Shown: piece after piece, positions 41,481-52,102 of the stretch
Numbering within the stretch: position 1 is the first letter of the stretch
Layout: every line of letters begins with the position of its first letter
Origin: Candidatus Saccharimonadota bacterium
GTDB taxonomy: Bacteria > Patescibacteriota > Saccharimonadia > Saccharimonadales > Saccharimonadaceae
Length of the DNA: 64,000 bases
Assembly (NCBI GenBank): GCA_017545585.1
Contig: JAFWMK010000017.1
Location: 7,323-71,322 of the forward strand
Direction: 5' to 3'
Notes under the pieces: model-generated
Seen by the model: only the letters and a program-made list of their open reading frames with translations
Told to the model about the DNA's origin: nothing
Databases searched by the model: none
Translations under genes and position numbers: made by a program

Positions 41481-42413
41481 TCATTTTGTAATAATAGTAC
41501 CTGCTTTACCTTTAAGCGCTTCCTTGAGATGCTCGATGTCAGTAATAATACCGGTACCGCCTTTTTCAGCAAACATCATCGCCGCTTGTACTTTAGGAAG
41601 CATCGAACCAGCCTTAAACTCTGGCAAATATTTTTCCATCTCTTTTGCAGAAATTCTCCCAATTGCTTCTTGCTCCGGTGTACCAAATTTAATACATGCA
41701 TTAGGTACTGCCGTCACCGAAACGAATATATTCGCCTTTACAAGTTCCGCCAACTTCTCCCCGGCAAAATCTTTATCAATCACTGCGTCTACACCCTTAA
41801 TCCGCTTCAAAACTTTCGTCCGGTAAACCGGAATTCCACCACCACCAGCCGCAATCACGATTATTCCGTCTTCGACTAGTTCTATAATTGTCTTCTTTTC
41901 TACAATATCAATCGGACGAGGACTCGGCACCACTCTCCGCCACCCACGTCCAGCATCCTCTTTTACGGTCCAACCTTTCTCTTTCGCTAATTTGCGCGCA
42001 GTTTCTTCATCATAGAATTGCCCAATCGGTTTAGACGGATCATCAAAAGCCGGGTCGTTTTTATCCACCACTACCTGACTCACCACCGATGCCACCTTTG
42101 CTTGTTTACCATTCTTAATAAACGCATTATTGATTGCTTGCGTCAACCAATATCCAATCTGCCCCTGACTCATCGCCACCGCAGTCTCAAGCGGCATCGC
42201 TGGCGCCTTTTCGCTCGCTGCTCCCTCCTCATGAATTAATATATTCCCAACCTGCGGGCCATTCCCATGCGCAATTACAATTCCATATTCAGAAGAAAGT
42301 TCGTAAATCGCTTCCCCCACTTCATTTGCAATTTTTTTCTGCGCTTCCGCCGTTACTTCGCCATTTTTTTGTAAAGCATTTCCACCAAATGCCAAGACCA
42401 CCCGTTTTTTCAT
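41481..42413 (-). CDS. arcC: Carbamate kinase
   Basis: GGNAL, HGNGPQVG, KPIG, RRVVPSP, VIDKD, GSMLPKV. Confidence 0.96.
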   Translation of the reverse strand: MKKRVVLAFGGNALQKNGEVTAEAQKKIANEVGEAIYELSSEYGIVIAHGNGPQVGNILIHEEGAASEKAPAMPLETAVAMSQGQIGYWLTQAINNAFIKNGKQAKVASVVSQVVVDKNDPAFDDPSKPIGQFYDEETARKLAKEKGWTVKEDAGRGWRRVVPSPRPIDIVEKKTIIELVEDGIIVIAAGGGGIPVYRTKVLKRIKGVDAVIDKDFAGEKLAELVKANIFVSVTAVPNACIKFGTPEQEAIGRISAKEMEKYLPEFKAGSMLPKVQAAMMFAEKGGTGIITDIEHLKEALKGKAGTIITK

Positions 42414-43637
42414 TTATTTTTTCTCCATTAATTTATGTAGTTCGTTTTTGTATTCTTCTACTCCAGGTTGATCGAACGGATTTACTCCAGCTATTTTGGC
42501 TGATATCGCACAAGCCATCTCAAAGAAATATATCAATTCTCCAAATCCTTTTGCATCATAAGTCGGTACCTTAATATTAAGAACCGGGATCCTCCCTGCC
42601 GTATGTGCAATTCGTACCGCTTCCACAACTTTTGCATTCAAATCGTCCGTCGGATAATCGATAATTGTTTCGTACAAATTTCTTCGTCCATCTTGCATAA
42701 ACTGTCCCATCGAATGAAGATCTGTAGAATATATCACTGAAGCCGGAAAAATTCCTTGTTTATTTTTTCCTTCACTTTCACCAAATAATTGCTTCAGCCA
42801 TTCATTAAAATACATTGTAGCAGGTTCAAAGCTCGCAAACACTTCCGTATCAAAACCTTTGGAATATAGAAGTTGCCGCATAAAAGCATACTTTGCTGCC
42901 GCCGGAACTGGTTTAGTCTCTGCTGGCTTTTTAGTATCCCCTAGTTCATCCTCTTTCTTCTCTTCGCTTTCTTTCTTCTCTTCATCTTCTTTGTCTTCGA
43001 ATTCTTTTGCCACCGTCTCCGCCCCCATTAGCAAACTATCAATATCTACACCTGCTACCGCCATCGGAAGCAAACCCACCGGAGAAAGTACCGAATATCT
43101 ACCCCCCACATTATCTGGAATCACGAATCTAGTGTAATTATCTCGTTTTGCCTCATCATAAAGAGCGCCTTTGTGAGCGTCAGTAATTGCGTAAATTCTC
43201 TTGATTGCCCCCACTACACCATATCTATCCGCTAGTTTCTTCTTAAACGCTTCAAAAGCCTTTGCTGGCTCGAGAGTAGTACCAGATTTAGAAATCACAA
43301 TTACCGAAAAATCTCCATCACCCACTTTTTTAAGCGCATAATCCAATTCTCTTTTAGATAATGAATTACCAGCATACACAAACTCCGGCCCACCAATCGG
43401 TCTCAAAGCCTCAATAATCGCCCGATGTCCGAGATAAGATCCACCAATCCCAATACACACCACTATTTCAGATTCTTTATTAATCTTCTCCGCCGCTTCT
43501 TTTATCTTGACTATCTCATCTAATTTTGGTTTAAACGGAAGTTCCACCCAACCTGCCATTTCATCACTTTTAATTTCCCCCAAGATCTCTTTTAGCTTAG
43601 CCTCATCAACTTTTGGGCTAAAATTTAGCTCTATCAT
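42414..43637 (-). CDS. pgi: Glucose-6-phosphate isomerase
   Basis: GIGGSYLG, SKSGTT, GGRYS, QLFGESEGK, DLHSMGQ, FDQPGVE. Confidence 0.96.
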   Translation of the reverse strand: MIELNFSPKVDEAKLKEILGEIKSDEMAGWVELPFKPKLDEIVKIKEAAEKINKESEIVVCIGIGGSYLGHRAIIEALRPIGGPEFVYAGNSLSKRELDYALKKVGDGDFSVIVISKSGTTLEPAKAFEAFKKKLADRYGVVGAIKRIYAITDAHKGALYDEAKRDNYTRFVIPDNVGGRYSVLSPVGLLPMAVAGVDIDSLLMGAETVAKEFEDKEDEEKKESEEKKEDELGDTKKPAETKPVPAAAKYAFMRQLLYSKGFDTEVFASFEPATMYFNEWLKQLFGESEGKNKQGIFPASVIYSTDLHSMGQFMQDGRRNLYETIIDYPTDDLNAKVVEAVRIAHTAGRIPVLNIKVPTYDAKGFGELIYFFEMACAISAKIAGVNPFDQPGVEEYKNELHKLMEKK

Positions 43638-43706
43638 ATCTACGATTATATCACCTCTTATTTAATCTTGCAAAATATGTTATACTATATATTATATAGT
43701 ACGCGT

Positions 43707-43793
43707 GCTCGCTTGGCGGAATTGGTAGACGCGCTAGCTTCAGGTGCTAGTGGTGGCAACACTGTAAGAGTTCAAGTCTCTTAGCGAGCACCA
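43707..43793 (+). tRNA. tRNA-Leu(CAG)
   Basis: GCTCGCT/AGCGAGC, CTAGC-TTCAGGT-GCTAG, long variable arm, CCA. Confidence 0.95.
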
Positions 43794-43800
43794 TTTTTAT

Positions 43801-46170
43801 TTAAAAATTGTTTTCAAGCTCACTGTACACTTTGTCTCGATCGGACTCGATCAATTCTAACCGCGCCTCAATCTCATTTTTCCCCATCTCTACCGCTCGA
43901 GCTAGCGCCGGCATCTCAGATAGTGGCTCAAAGAATTTCAAATACTCATCGAATTCTTTACCCGTTCTGATGCTAGCAGCCATATACCTAGGATAATTAT
44001 CCAAAGATTTATCTCCAGAAATCTTCTTAACATAATCCCAATTCTTAGTTAGCCATTCAAACACTTCCTCTTTTATTCGTGGATTCCTGTATAGATACAA
44101 ATACAGATGGAACTGGTCTTGCGGCTTCACTATCTCAGGCTCATTCAAAAGTTTCATTACTTTATGAAGTCCATCAACATCTCGCATCAAAGTCATCGCA
44201 AGAAGCAAATCAAATTTAATATCTGGATCCGCCTCCGCCTCGTAAGCTTCTATATATTCATCCAAATGTCCCGGCTCCAAATACAATTTAGCATCCAAAA
44301 TATCCGCCCGAATTTCTGTATCCAATTTGCCATAATCTTTAGAATACATATTAGCTAACTTTTGCAAATTCTCTTCATTTTCCGCATAAAAGTCTAGCGC
44401 TAGAAGAATCGAGCGAAGCCTCAAAATATTTTCATCATCACCTTTTCTAGTTACTAGTCCAACCTTCTTTAGTCCTGGTTTTACTAGCTCCTTTACAAAT
44501 TCTTTATATTTTTTCTCTTCCTTAGACCCGTATTCAAAGAAAATTTTCAGTCCCGACACGATAGTCAAAACTATACTCCACACCGCCGCCGATTCTTCTT
44601 CGCGAAACTTAAAAATTAAAGGAATCAAAGACGCCGACGAAGCTAGCGGAGTTTTTGACACCAAATCCCGATCAATCAGAAGCCTCAATTTTTCTTCCAA
44701 ACTCAAAGCATCAAAATTTGAAAGTCTCTTTTCAAATTCCTCATCAGACAAATTCAAAATATAATGCCCACTCATATCTTCACGAATTTCTGGAAGCGGC
44801 CAACTAAGCTCCGGCATCTCACCGCTAAGCAAAAATCTTTTTTGCTTTCCATCCGTAATCACTGGATATCCAGGTTGATCAATAAATGCATGCATCAATT
44901 TACCCGCATCAAAATCCGCATATTTAGACAAACATTCCCACAAATTATCCCCCACGGTATTTTGATATTTGTATTTCTCAAAATAATCCGAAACGCCTTT
45001 GCAAAAATTCTCCCAACCCATCAATCTAATCACCATCAACATCAGTCTCGCGCCCTTAGCGTACACAATCGCCGGATCAAACAAAGTTGCAATCTCCTCC
45101 GGATCTGACACATCTTGATGCACCGATTGCACGCCATCAAGTGAGTCACGTCTAAGCGCCGCTAGACAGTCTCCCGTAAAGAATCCCTCCCAAATTTTAT
45201 ATTCAGGGTGGATATGATCCACCGCATAATATTCCATCACCGAGGCAAACGATTCATTAAGCCACAAATCGTCCCACCACTTCATCGTCACAAGATCCCC
45301 AAACCATTGATGCGAAAGTTCGTGCGCCACCGTCAACGCCACAGATTTGTAAGTTGAAAGTGTCGCTGCCTTGGTCGTAAGTAGCATCGACTCCCGATAG
45401 GTCACCAGCCCCCAGTTTTCCATTGCACCCGCTTCAAAATCCGGTAGTGCCACTTGGTCTAATTTCTTCAAAGGATACAAAGAGCCAAAATTATCATCAT
45501 AGAATTCCAAAGATTTAGCTGCTACCTTATTTGCAAAATCCACCGCATCCACACTTTGATTCAAAGCCGCATAGGTAGTAATTTTTACTCCGTGTTTATT
45601 AGTTATGCTCTTGCCATGGAATCGCCCAATCACCCACGCTAGCAGATACGTACTCATTCTTGGCGTCGGTTCAAAAACTGTTGTATTTTTTACAACACTT
45701 TTTGCATCCATATTTGCCAAAATCAAATCTTCCGATCCTTCCGGCACGGTTAACGACAACTCAAACACCGCTTTTGCTGCCGGCTCATCAATACAAACAA
45801 AAGCCTCTCTTGCATAATGACTTTCAAACTGCGTCGCCACAATCGTTTCGATCTTACCCTTGTATTTATAGGTAGAAAGATACGCCCCCTGCATATTTTC
45901 ATTTAACTTTCCATTGTAGGAAATTTTGATTTCATGCTTTCCTAGCTCCACGTCAAAGACCGTCAAAACTTCTCCATCTGCTTCAAATTTTACTGGCTTT
46001 TCATCCACCAAAACTTTGGATACCTCAAGTCTCACCGCATGGAACTTTACCGTTTCACTAGCCACCTCACCAGAAACTTTCACCACCCCACCGATTGTTT
46101 TTTTATATTTATCTATATTAATATCTAATACGTATTTCTCTGGCTTAAAATAATTTAATAAAAGTTCCAT
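43801..46170 (-). CDS. pepN: M1 family aminopeptidase N
   Basis: GAMEN, HELSH-18-E, VYAKG. Confidence 0.95.
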   Translation of the reverse strand: MELLLNYFKPEKYVLDINIDKYKKTIGGVVKVSGEVASETVKFHAVRLEVSKVLVDEKPVKFEADGEVLTVFDVELGKHEIKISYNGKLNENMQGAYLSTYKYKGKIETIVATQFESHYAREAFVCIDEPAAKAVFELSLTVPEGSEDLILANMDAKSVVKNTTVFEPTPRMSTYLLAWVIGRFHGKSITNKHGVKITTYAALNQSVDAVDFANKVAAKSLEFYDDNFGSLYPLKKLDQVALPDFEAGAMENWGLVTYRESMLLTTKAATLSTYKSVALTVAHELSHQWFGDLVTMKWWDDLWLNESFASVMEYYAVDHIHPEYKIWEGFFTGDCLAALRRDSLDGVQSVHQDVSDPEEIATLFDPAIVYAKGARLMLMVIRLMGWENFCKGVSDYFEKYKYQNTVGDNLWECLSKYADFDAGKLMHAFIDQPGYPVITDGKQKRFLLSGEMPELSWPLPEIREDMSGHYILNLSDEEFEKRLSNFDALSLEEKLRLLIDRDLVSKTPLASSASLIPLIFKFREEESAAVWSIVLTIVSGLKIFFEYGSKEEKKYKEFVKELVKPGLKKVGLVTRKGDDENILRLRSILLALDFYAENEENLQKLANMYSKDYGKLDTEIRADILDAKLYLEPGHLDEYIEAYEAEADPDIKFDLLLAMTLMRDVDGLHKVMKLLNEPEIVKPQDQFHLYLYLYRNPRIKEEVFEWLTKNWDYVKKISGDKSLDNYPRYMAASIRTGKEFDEYLKFFEPLSEMPALARAVEMGKNEIEARLELIESDRDKVYSELENNF

Positions 46171-46245
46171 TCTTTTCCCTTTCTTTTAATCAATTTTTGA
46201 AATGGAATTCGCTTTCATTTCAAAAATCTTACTGGTTTCTTTTTC

Positions 46246-46274
46246 TGGACTTTTCTTTTCCAAAGAAAAGTCCA
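46246..46274. terminator. Hairpin after ftsH (second hairpin at 46193-46227)
   Basis: TGGACTTTTCTTT-TCC-AAAGAAAAGTCCA. Confidence 0.55.
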
Positions 46275-46279
46275 CTAAC

Positions 46280-48211
46280 TTATTTATATAATTTAGCTGA
46301 TACCGGCAACTTAGCGCCTTTCAAAATTGGCTCAAGTTCCGCCTCTTCCAAAGTCTCATGTTTGAGAAGCTCCGCCGCCAAATCGTCCAATATTTTCTTA
46401 TTAAGTTTGAGTACTGCTTCCGCCCGCACTGCCGCCTCATCAGACAGTTTTTTGATTTCTGCATCAATAAGCTCCGCAGTCTTTTCCGAATACGGCTTAC
46501 CTGTAGAAATCGTATAATATCCCGTATCCTCACTCGGAAATACTAAGTTGCGAGTAGACGATCCCATTCCCTCTTCTACGATCATGGATTTTGCTAGCTC
46601 CGCTACATTTCTAAGATCCGAAGAGGCGCCAGTTGTAATCGCATCTGTACCAAAAATCAATTTCTCAGCTACTCTACCGCCCATCGCTCGCGCCAAAATA
46701 TCTTTGAGCTCATAAATATTCTTGTAACTTCTATCTTCTGGAGGCAGGAACCAAGTCACCCCACCAGTTTGTCCACGCGGAATAATCGTCACTTTATGCA
46801 CCGGATCAGAATCCGGAAGTACGTGCCCCACAATCGCATGCCCAGCCTCATGGTAAGCTGTAATTTTACGTTCTTTTTCGTTCATTACTTTGGATTTTCT
46901 TTCCGGACCAATTGCTACCCGCTCAAACGCTTCTACTACATCGCTATTCGCAATTGCTTTATGCCCTTCACGTGCTGCCGTAATCGCCGCTTCATTAGCG
47001 ATATTAGCAAGGTCCGCACCAGAAGAGCCCGCTGTCTTTTTGGCAAGAGCCTCAAGATCTACATCCGCTTCTACTGGCTTACCCTTAAAATGAACTTTCA
47101 AAATTTCCAAACGGTCTTTTCTCTCCGGCAAAGTTACATTCACGTGTCGGTCAAACCGCCCCGGACGAAGCAAAGCCTTATCAAGCATATCCACCCGGTT
47201 CGTTGCCGCCATCACAATCACACCAGAATCATTATCAAACCCATCCATCTCTACCAAAATTTGATTAAGCGTCTGTTCATCCTCACGCCCAGCCCCACCT
47301 CTAGCATCACGTTTGTGTGCTACTGCATCAATCTCATCAATAAAGATAATAGACGGTGCATTTTTCTTGGCCTTAGAAAATAAATCTCGCACTCTCGATG
47401 CACCCACACCCACAAACATTTCCGCAAATTCCGAACCAGAGATCGAGAAAAATGGCACATCCGCTTCGCCAGCCACTGCCCTAGCCATCAAAGTTTTACC
47501 AGTACCAGGGTCGCCAGCCAGAAGCACCCCACGCGGAATCTTTGCACCCAATTTTTCATATTTCTTTGGATTTTTGAGAAAATCCACAATTTCTGTCAAA
47601 TCTTGTTTGGCCGCCTCATTCCCCGCTACGTCTTTAAAAGTCACCTTCTTTTTATCCGGACCATAAACTTTTGCTCTAGATTTACCAAAGCTCATCGATT
47701 GGCTATTTGCCGCCGTCGCCTGTTTCATCATCCACGAGAAGAAAATCACAATCGCAATAATTGGAAGCACTGTAAGCCCCACGTCTAGCACAATCCCCCA
47801 AGTATTTACATCTTCCTTATATTCGATTTTTGGATAAGTCTCGTTGCATTTTTTAAGTTCTTCGTCCTTCAAATTCTCACAATGATTAATCAAGCCTTGA
47901 TCATACAAAGTCCCCGAGCCGTCTTTTCTAGAAGTCTCCGTCGGTTGATCTTTGCCCTTCAAGGTAATATCAAGAGTATCGCCAGTTACTGTAATCTTAG
48001 AAATATCACCATTCGGGTCGTTCGCTCTAGTAATCACCTCAGAAATCGGCACTTCTACTTTTACTGGACCTTTAGTTGTCCAGTTCACAATCAACATTGC
48101 TGTAAGACATATCAATATCAAAGAAAAAAGCGCACTCCTTATCATATTCGACTTATTCGGAGCCGCATTTTTAGTTCCATTCACTGAATTTTTGAGATTT
48201 TCTCCCGCCAC
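46280..48211 (-). CDS. ftsH: ATP-dependent zinc metalloprotease FtsH
   Basis: 2 [28 protein letters not shown]. Confidence 0.98.
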   Translation of the reverse strand: MAGENLKNSVNGTKNAAPNKSNMIRSALFSLILICLTAMLIVNWTTKGPVKVEVPISEVITRANDPNGDISKITVTGDTLDITLKGKDQPTETSRKDGSGTLYDQGLINHCENLKDEELKKCNETYPKIEYKEDVNTWGIVLDVGLTVLPIIAIVIFFSWMMKQATAANSQSMSFGKSRAKVYGPDKKKVTFKDVAGNEAAKQDLTEIVDFLKNPKKYEKLGAKIPRGVLLAGDPGTGKTLMARAVAGEADVPFFSISGSEFAEMFVGVGASRVRDLFSKAKKNAPSIIFIDEIDAVAHKRDARGGAGREDEQTLNQILVEMDGFDNDSGVIVMAATNRVDMLDKALLRPGRFDRHVNVTLPERKDRLEILKVHFKGKPVEADVDLEALAKKTAGSSGADLANIANEAAITAAREGHKAIANSDVVEAFERVAIGPERKSKVMNEKERKITAYHEAGHAIVGHVLPDSDPVHKVTIIPRGQTGGVTWFLPPEDRSYKNIYELKDILARAMGGRVAEKLIFGTDAITTGASSDLRNVAELAKSMIVEEGMGSSTRNLVFPSEDTGYYTISTGKPYSEKTAELIDAEIKKLSDEAAVRAEAVLKLNKKILDDLAAELLKHETLEEAELEPILKGAKLPVSAKLYK

Positions 48212-48248
48212 ATTTCCTCCTTTTATATCTATTCTATCACAGAATTCA

Positions 48249-48324
48249 TGGTCTGGGTGATCAGACTTGAACTGACGACCTCAGCGTCCCGAACGCTGCG
48301 CGCTACCAACTGCGCCACACCCAG
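48249..48324 (-). tRNA. tRNA-Pro(CGG)
   Basis: CAGCG-TTCGGGA-CGCTG arm, CCA. Confidence 0.95.
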
Positions 48325-48339
48325 TTCTAATTAAAAAAA

Positions 48340-48415
48340 TGGTCTGGGTGACAGGACTTGAACCTGCGACCTCGACTTCCCAAAAGTCGCGCGCTACCAA
48401 CTGTGCTACACCCAG
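48340..48415 (-). tRNA. tRNA-Pro(TGG)
   Basis: CGACT-TTTGGGA-AGTCG arm, CCA. Confidence 0.95.
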
Positions 48416-48550
48416 TTATACTATATATTATATCATATCATATCATCATTTACAATCAGTATATACTAACTCACCGTATCGTTTACACTTTTTTATACAT
48501 AAGCTTTTTGGGGTTGGCAAGAGTTTTTTGATAAATTCCAAATCAAAAGC

Positions 48551-50347
48551 CTACTCTTCTGGCAAAATCGCAAGATGAGCTTCTTCAAGTTGTTCCGCAT
48601 CAACTTCAGATGGTGAATTCATCATTAGATCCACGCCATTTCCATTCTTTGGAAATGCCACCACGTCACGAATATTGTCCTCGTCTTCAAGAATCATAAA
48701 AATCCGATCAAGACCTGGCGCGCAGCCAGCATGCGGTGGCGCACCAAATTTAAACGCCGAAAGCATTCCACCAAACCTTGTTTCCACATATTCGTTGTTG
48801 TAACCCAAAATATTAAATACTTTATACATGATTTCTGGATTGTAATTTCTCACTGCTCCCGATGCGCACTCATAACCATTCATCACCATATCATACTGAT
48901 CGGCCACCAAAGCCAACTTTTCTGCGTCGGTCTTAGCTGTCTCAAGCGCAACCATACCACCCTTTGGCATCGAAAACGGATTGTGCCCAAAGTCTAATTT
49001 CTTGTTTTTCTCATCCCATTCATAAAACGGAAAATCTACCACCCACGTCAATGCCACTTCATCAGCTTTTTTGAGCCCAAATCGGTCCGCAAATAAAGTT
49101 CTAAGTTGCCCAAGTACCTTATTCACTAGTTCCCTGGTATCCGCACCAAAGAACACCGCATCACCATCCTCCGCCCCCATTTTCTCGCGCACGCTACTAA
49201 TCTCTGCCTCAGACATAAATTTCAAAATCGGCGATTTGGCCTCTCCGTCACTATATAATATATATGCGAGCCCACCAGCACCAAGCTTCCGCGCTTTTTC
49301 AGTAAAGTCATCGATTTCTCTACGAGTCAATTCCGCCCCACCTTTCACGCAGATAGCCTTCACGCATGGCTGTTTAAACACCTTAAAATCAGTTTCAGAA
49401 AATACATCAGTCAAATCAACTAGCTCCATTGAATAACGAAGGTCTGGCTTATCCACACCATATATATCCATCGCCACTTCGTATGGCAACCTCGGCACTA
49501 CTCCGCCCTCCGGAATATATTGAGCAGCCACGTCGCTTCTCATCACCAATTTCTTCCCCGCAAATTCCGTCACCAATTTCAAATACAAAGGCTCGATCTC
49601 GGTCCTCACTACTTCACCATCATCTACAAACGACATTTCAAAATCCAACTGATAAAAATCTCCATAAAGCCTATCCGCCCGCGGGTCCTCATCACGAAAA
49701 CACGGCGCAATCTGGAAATACTTTTCTACTCCCCCCACCATCAAAAGTTGCTTAAATTGTTGCGGCGCTTGCGGCAAAGCATAAAACTTACCCGGATGAA
49801 GCCGTGACGGTACTAAAAAGTCCCTTGCTCCTTCCGGCGACGAATTAGCCAAAATCGGCGTGGTAATCTCCGTAAATCCATGTTCATACATATACCCACG
49901 CACTACTTGATAAAATTCCGAACGTCTCTTAAGGCGCTTCTGCATCGATGGCCGCCTTAGATCCAAGTATCGATATTTCAATCTCATTTCTTCCGACGAA
50001 GCATCACCATCATCATGTGTATTTACCGGTAACGGTTCACTCTTATTGATTAAATTAAGCTCCGAAACCACTAGTTCAATTTCGCCAGTTGGAATATTTG
50101 GATTGACTAGTTCCGGTTCACGCTTTCGCATCACACCTTTAGCAGACAAAACAAACTCATCTCTTACCGTCTCAGCCAACTTAAAAGCCTCAGCGTTTTC
50201 CGGCGTCACTACTAGCTGTATAATCCCTGCGAAATCTCTCAGATCGATAAAAATCAATCCGCCGTGGTCACGCCGAGAATTTACCCATCCAGCCACCTCT
50301 ACTTCTTTACCCAAAAACTCATTTAGTTTGTTCGTCGCAGTTCTCAT
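48551..50347 (-). CDS. aspS: Aspartate--tRNA ligase
   Basis: RRDHGGLIFIDLRD, RYLDLRR, EGARDF, FRDED, GAPPHAG; start MRTAT. Confidence 0.97.
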   Translation of the reverse strand: MRTATNKLNEFLGKEVEVAGWVNSRRDHGGLIFIDLRDFAGIIQLVVTPENAEAFKLAETVRDEFVLSAKGVMRKREPELVNPNIPTGEIELVVSELNLINKSEPLPVNTHDDGDASSEEMRLKYRYLDLRRPSMQKRLKRRSEFYQVVRGYMYEHGFTEITTPILANSSPEGARDFLVPSRLHPGKFYALPQAPQQFKQLLMVGGVEKYFQIAPCFRDEDPRADRLYGDFYQLDFEMSFVDDGEVVRTEIEPLYLKLVTEFAGKKLVMRSDVAAQYIPEGGVVPRLPYEVAMDIYGVDKPDLRYSMELVDLTDVFSETDFKVFKQPCVKAICVKGGAELTRREIDDFTEKARKLGAGGLAYILYSDGEAKSPILKFMSEAEISSVREKMGAEDGDAVFFGADTRELVNKVLGQLRTLFADRFGLKKADEVALTWVVDFPFYEWDEKNKKLDFGHNPFSMPKGGMVALETAKTDAEKLALVADQYDMVMNGYECASGAVRNYNPEIMYKVFNILGYNNEYVETRFGGMLSAFKFGAPPHAGCAPGLDRIFMILEDEDNIRDVVAFPKNGNGVDLMMNSPSEVDAEQLEEAHLAILPEE

Positions 50348-50381
50348 AGAGACAATTATACCACATTTCATTTTTTTATGC

Positions 50382-50410
50382 TTGCAATATCCTATAGATT
50401 TTGATAGAAT
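50382..50410 (+). promoter_or_regulatory. Sigma70-like promoter of an orphan transcription unit
   Basis: TTGCAA-N17-TAGAAT. Confidence 0.55.
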
Positions 50411-50484
50411 TGTAAATGTTGCTTTAAAATTTCTAATTATTTAGGTCGTGAAAGCAATAAACATTAAGGAGAAAATAGATACAT

Positions 50485-50568
50485 ATGCGTATCAAAAAGC
50501 TAAAGCGCGGTGGAGCGCTCAAAGCTAAGGTAGCTCCAGCCGAATGGCAAGAGTTTATCGAAATATAG
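50485..50568 (+). other. Putative 27-aa small ORF or structured ncRNA
   Basis: AAGGAG upstream; MRIKKLKRGGALKAKVAPAEWQEFIEI*; several short hairpins. Confidence 0.35.
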
Positions 50569-50585
50569 TAGGTAGAGCCTACCAA

Positions 50586-50617
50586 AGTAAAATAAGCCCG
50601 AAAGGGCTTATTTTACT
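50586..50617. terminator. Bidirectional terminator
   Basis: AGTAAAATAAGCCC-GAAA-GGGCTTATTTTACT. Confidence 0.85.
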
Positions 50618-50626
50618 CATCTATAT

Positions 50627-51409
50627 TTATTTAGTTAACTTTGCTTCTACGATTTTACCCAAGATATGCACAAACTCCGGCCCAGACAAACTTTTATCCC
50701 AAGTAATTATTTTACCATCGATGTTCACCTGGCCACCTTCTTTGGCGCTCCAAGGAATTAGCTGCCCATCAATGAAGAACGCTGGCGTACCTTCTATATT
50801 CATCCGCTTACCTATCCCCATATCAAAACTAATTTTCTTGGATACCGCCTCAGAAGAAACATCTTTTCTAAATTTATCCATATCCCCCTTACCGTCAGTC
50901 ACTTCTGTGAAATATTTTTCAAATGCCGCCGTTCTCTCCGAACCACTCAAATACTCCCACTCAGACTGATTGGCAAATAACTTATCCGCATATTCCTTCC
51001 AGTATCCCTGAAGTCCAGCCGCTTCTGCCGCCGAAGCCGCTGCCGTCCCATTCTGATGATAAGACAATAGATGATTGCGATATACTACCACCAATTTTCC
51101 ATCCTGCTCATCTACTACCTGGTTTACTCGAGGATTAATCGATGCACACCCCGGACACTGAAAATCCGCATACTCAAATATATATACCGGTTCACCCGTA
51201 TAAGTGCCATCTTTATCTTTCTTGACGTGATCACCTATATTGCCATTGTGCACATCCGGCGCAATCACAGAATAAAAATCATATTTATCAAAATCCGCCC
51301 GATTATTGTTGCCATTTATTACCAGCACAGTTGCCACAACCACTAAACCTACAGCCACCATCACCCCAACTACTACACCGACTTTCGAAAATCCTCTTGC
51401 TTTTTTCAT
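50627..51409 (-). CDS. DsbA-family thiol-disulfide oxidoreductase
   Basis: N-terminal TM, EYADFQCPGC, GTP. Confidence 0.9.
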   Translation of the reverse strand: MKKARGFSKVGVVVGVMVAVGLVVVATVLVINGNNNRADFDKYDFYSVIAPDVHNGNIGDHVKKDKDGTYTGEPVYIFEYADFQCPGCASINPRVNQVVDEQDGKLVVVYRNHLLSYHQNGTAAASAAEAAGLQGYWKEYADKLFANQSEWEYLSGSERTAAFEKYFTEVTDGKGDMDKFRKDVSSEAVSKKISFDMGIGKRMNIEGTPAFFIDGQLIPWSAKEGGQVNIDGKIITWDKSLSGPEFVHILGKIVEAKLTK

Positions 51410-51439
51410 ATAACTCCTTTGTGTTATAATTATTATATC

Positions 51440-52045
51440 ATGTTAAGTGCAGTTTTCTCAAAAATCAAGAACCTAAAAAACGATTTTCTTGATTCCAGCA
51501 AGCCTAAACAGTACGAAGCTACCGAAATCAAACATATTACAAAGCCTGAAGAATCTAAGCCCTATACCCCAAAAGATCTCAATGACTTCATTGGTATTAT
51601 ACGTCGCACCCCTCTTTCTATTATCAACAAAAAAGGTCGCGCTCGCATCGCCGCCGTAATGAGTTTTGACGATCGCATCGTTGCTGACCTCATGGTTCCA
51701 AAAGACAAAATGACCTTCGTAAATGCCAAAGATCTCCTCGGTCCTCTTATGTTAGATAAGCTATACAAATCCGGCTTCACTAATTTTCCAGTCGTAGACA
51801 ACAAAAATCATGTTAAAGGCATCCTTCATACCGAAGCTTTAAATACCCTCGAAATCAGAAAAACCGACCGTGCCGAAAAATACATGGACAAGACCGTCTC
51901 ATACCTTCATACCACTGACACTCTAGAATTCGCCGTCGAAGAGATCGAGCGCACCAATTCTTATTACTTTCTTGTACTCGATCCATCAGATGGGCTCGCT
52001 GGTTTTTTCACCGCCAAACACCTTCTCGATTACCTCTTAAGCTAA
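51440..52045 (+). CDS. CBS-domain protein
   Basis: VADLMVP, SGFTNFPVVD, GILH CBS pair. Confidence 0.8.
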   Translation: MLSAVFSKIKNLKNDFLDSSKPKQYEATEIKHITKPEESKPYTPKDLNDFIGIIRRTPLSIINKKGRARIAAVMSFDDRIVADLMVPKDKMTFVNAKDLLGPLMLDKLYKSGFTNFPVVDNKNHVKGILHTEALNTLEIRKTDRAEKYMDKTVSYLHTTDTLEFAVEEIERTNSYYFLVLDPSDGLAGFFTAKHLLDYLLS

Positions 52046-52102
52046 TATATTATTGAATTTTTTGCAAATCTGTGCTATAATAGTCCACCAGAAAAGGTAG
52101 AC

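Noticed and set aside
46193-46274. Two hairpins between ftsH and pepN as a novel element
   Set aside because: Adequately explained as terminator or REP-like hairpins; no second copy seen in the window.
48249-48415. Tandem tRNA-Pro pair as an att duplication
   Set aside because: Both are complete tRNAs with different anticodons (CGG and TGG).
50416-50617. tmRNA, SRP RNA, T-box or rpmH
   Set aside because: No tRNA-like ends or Ala-ending tag, no SRP core loop, GGTGGA lacks T-box context and is on the wrong strand for aspS, and the peptide does not match bL34.
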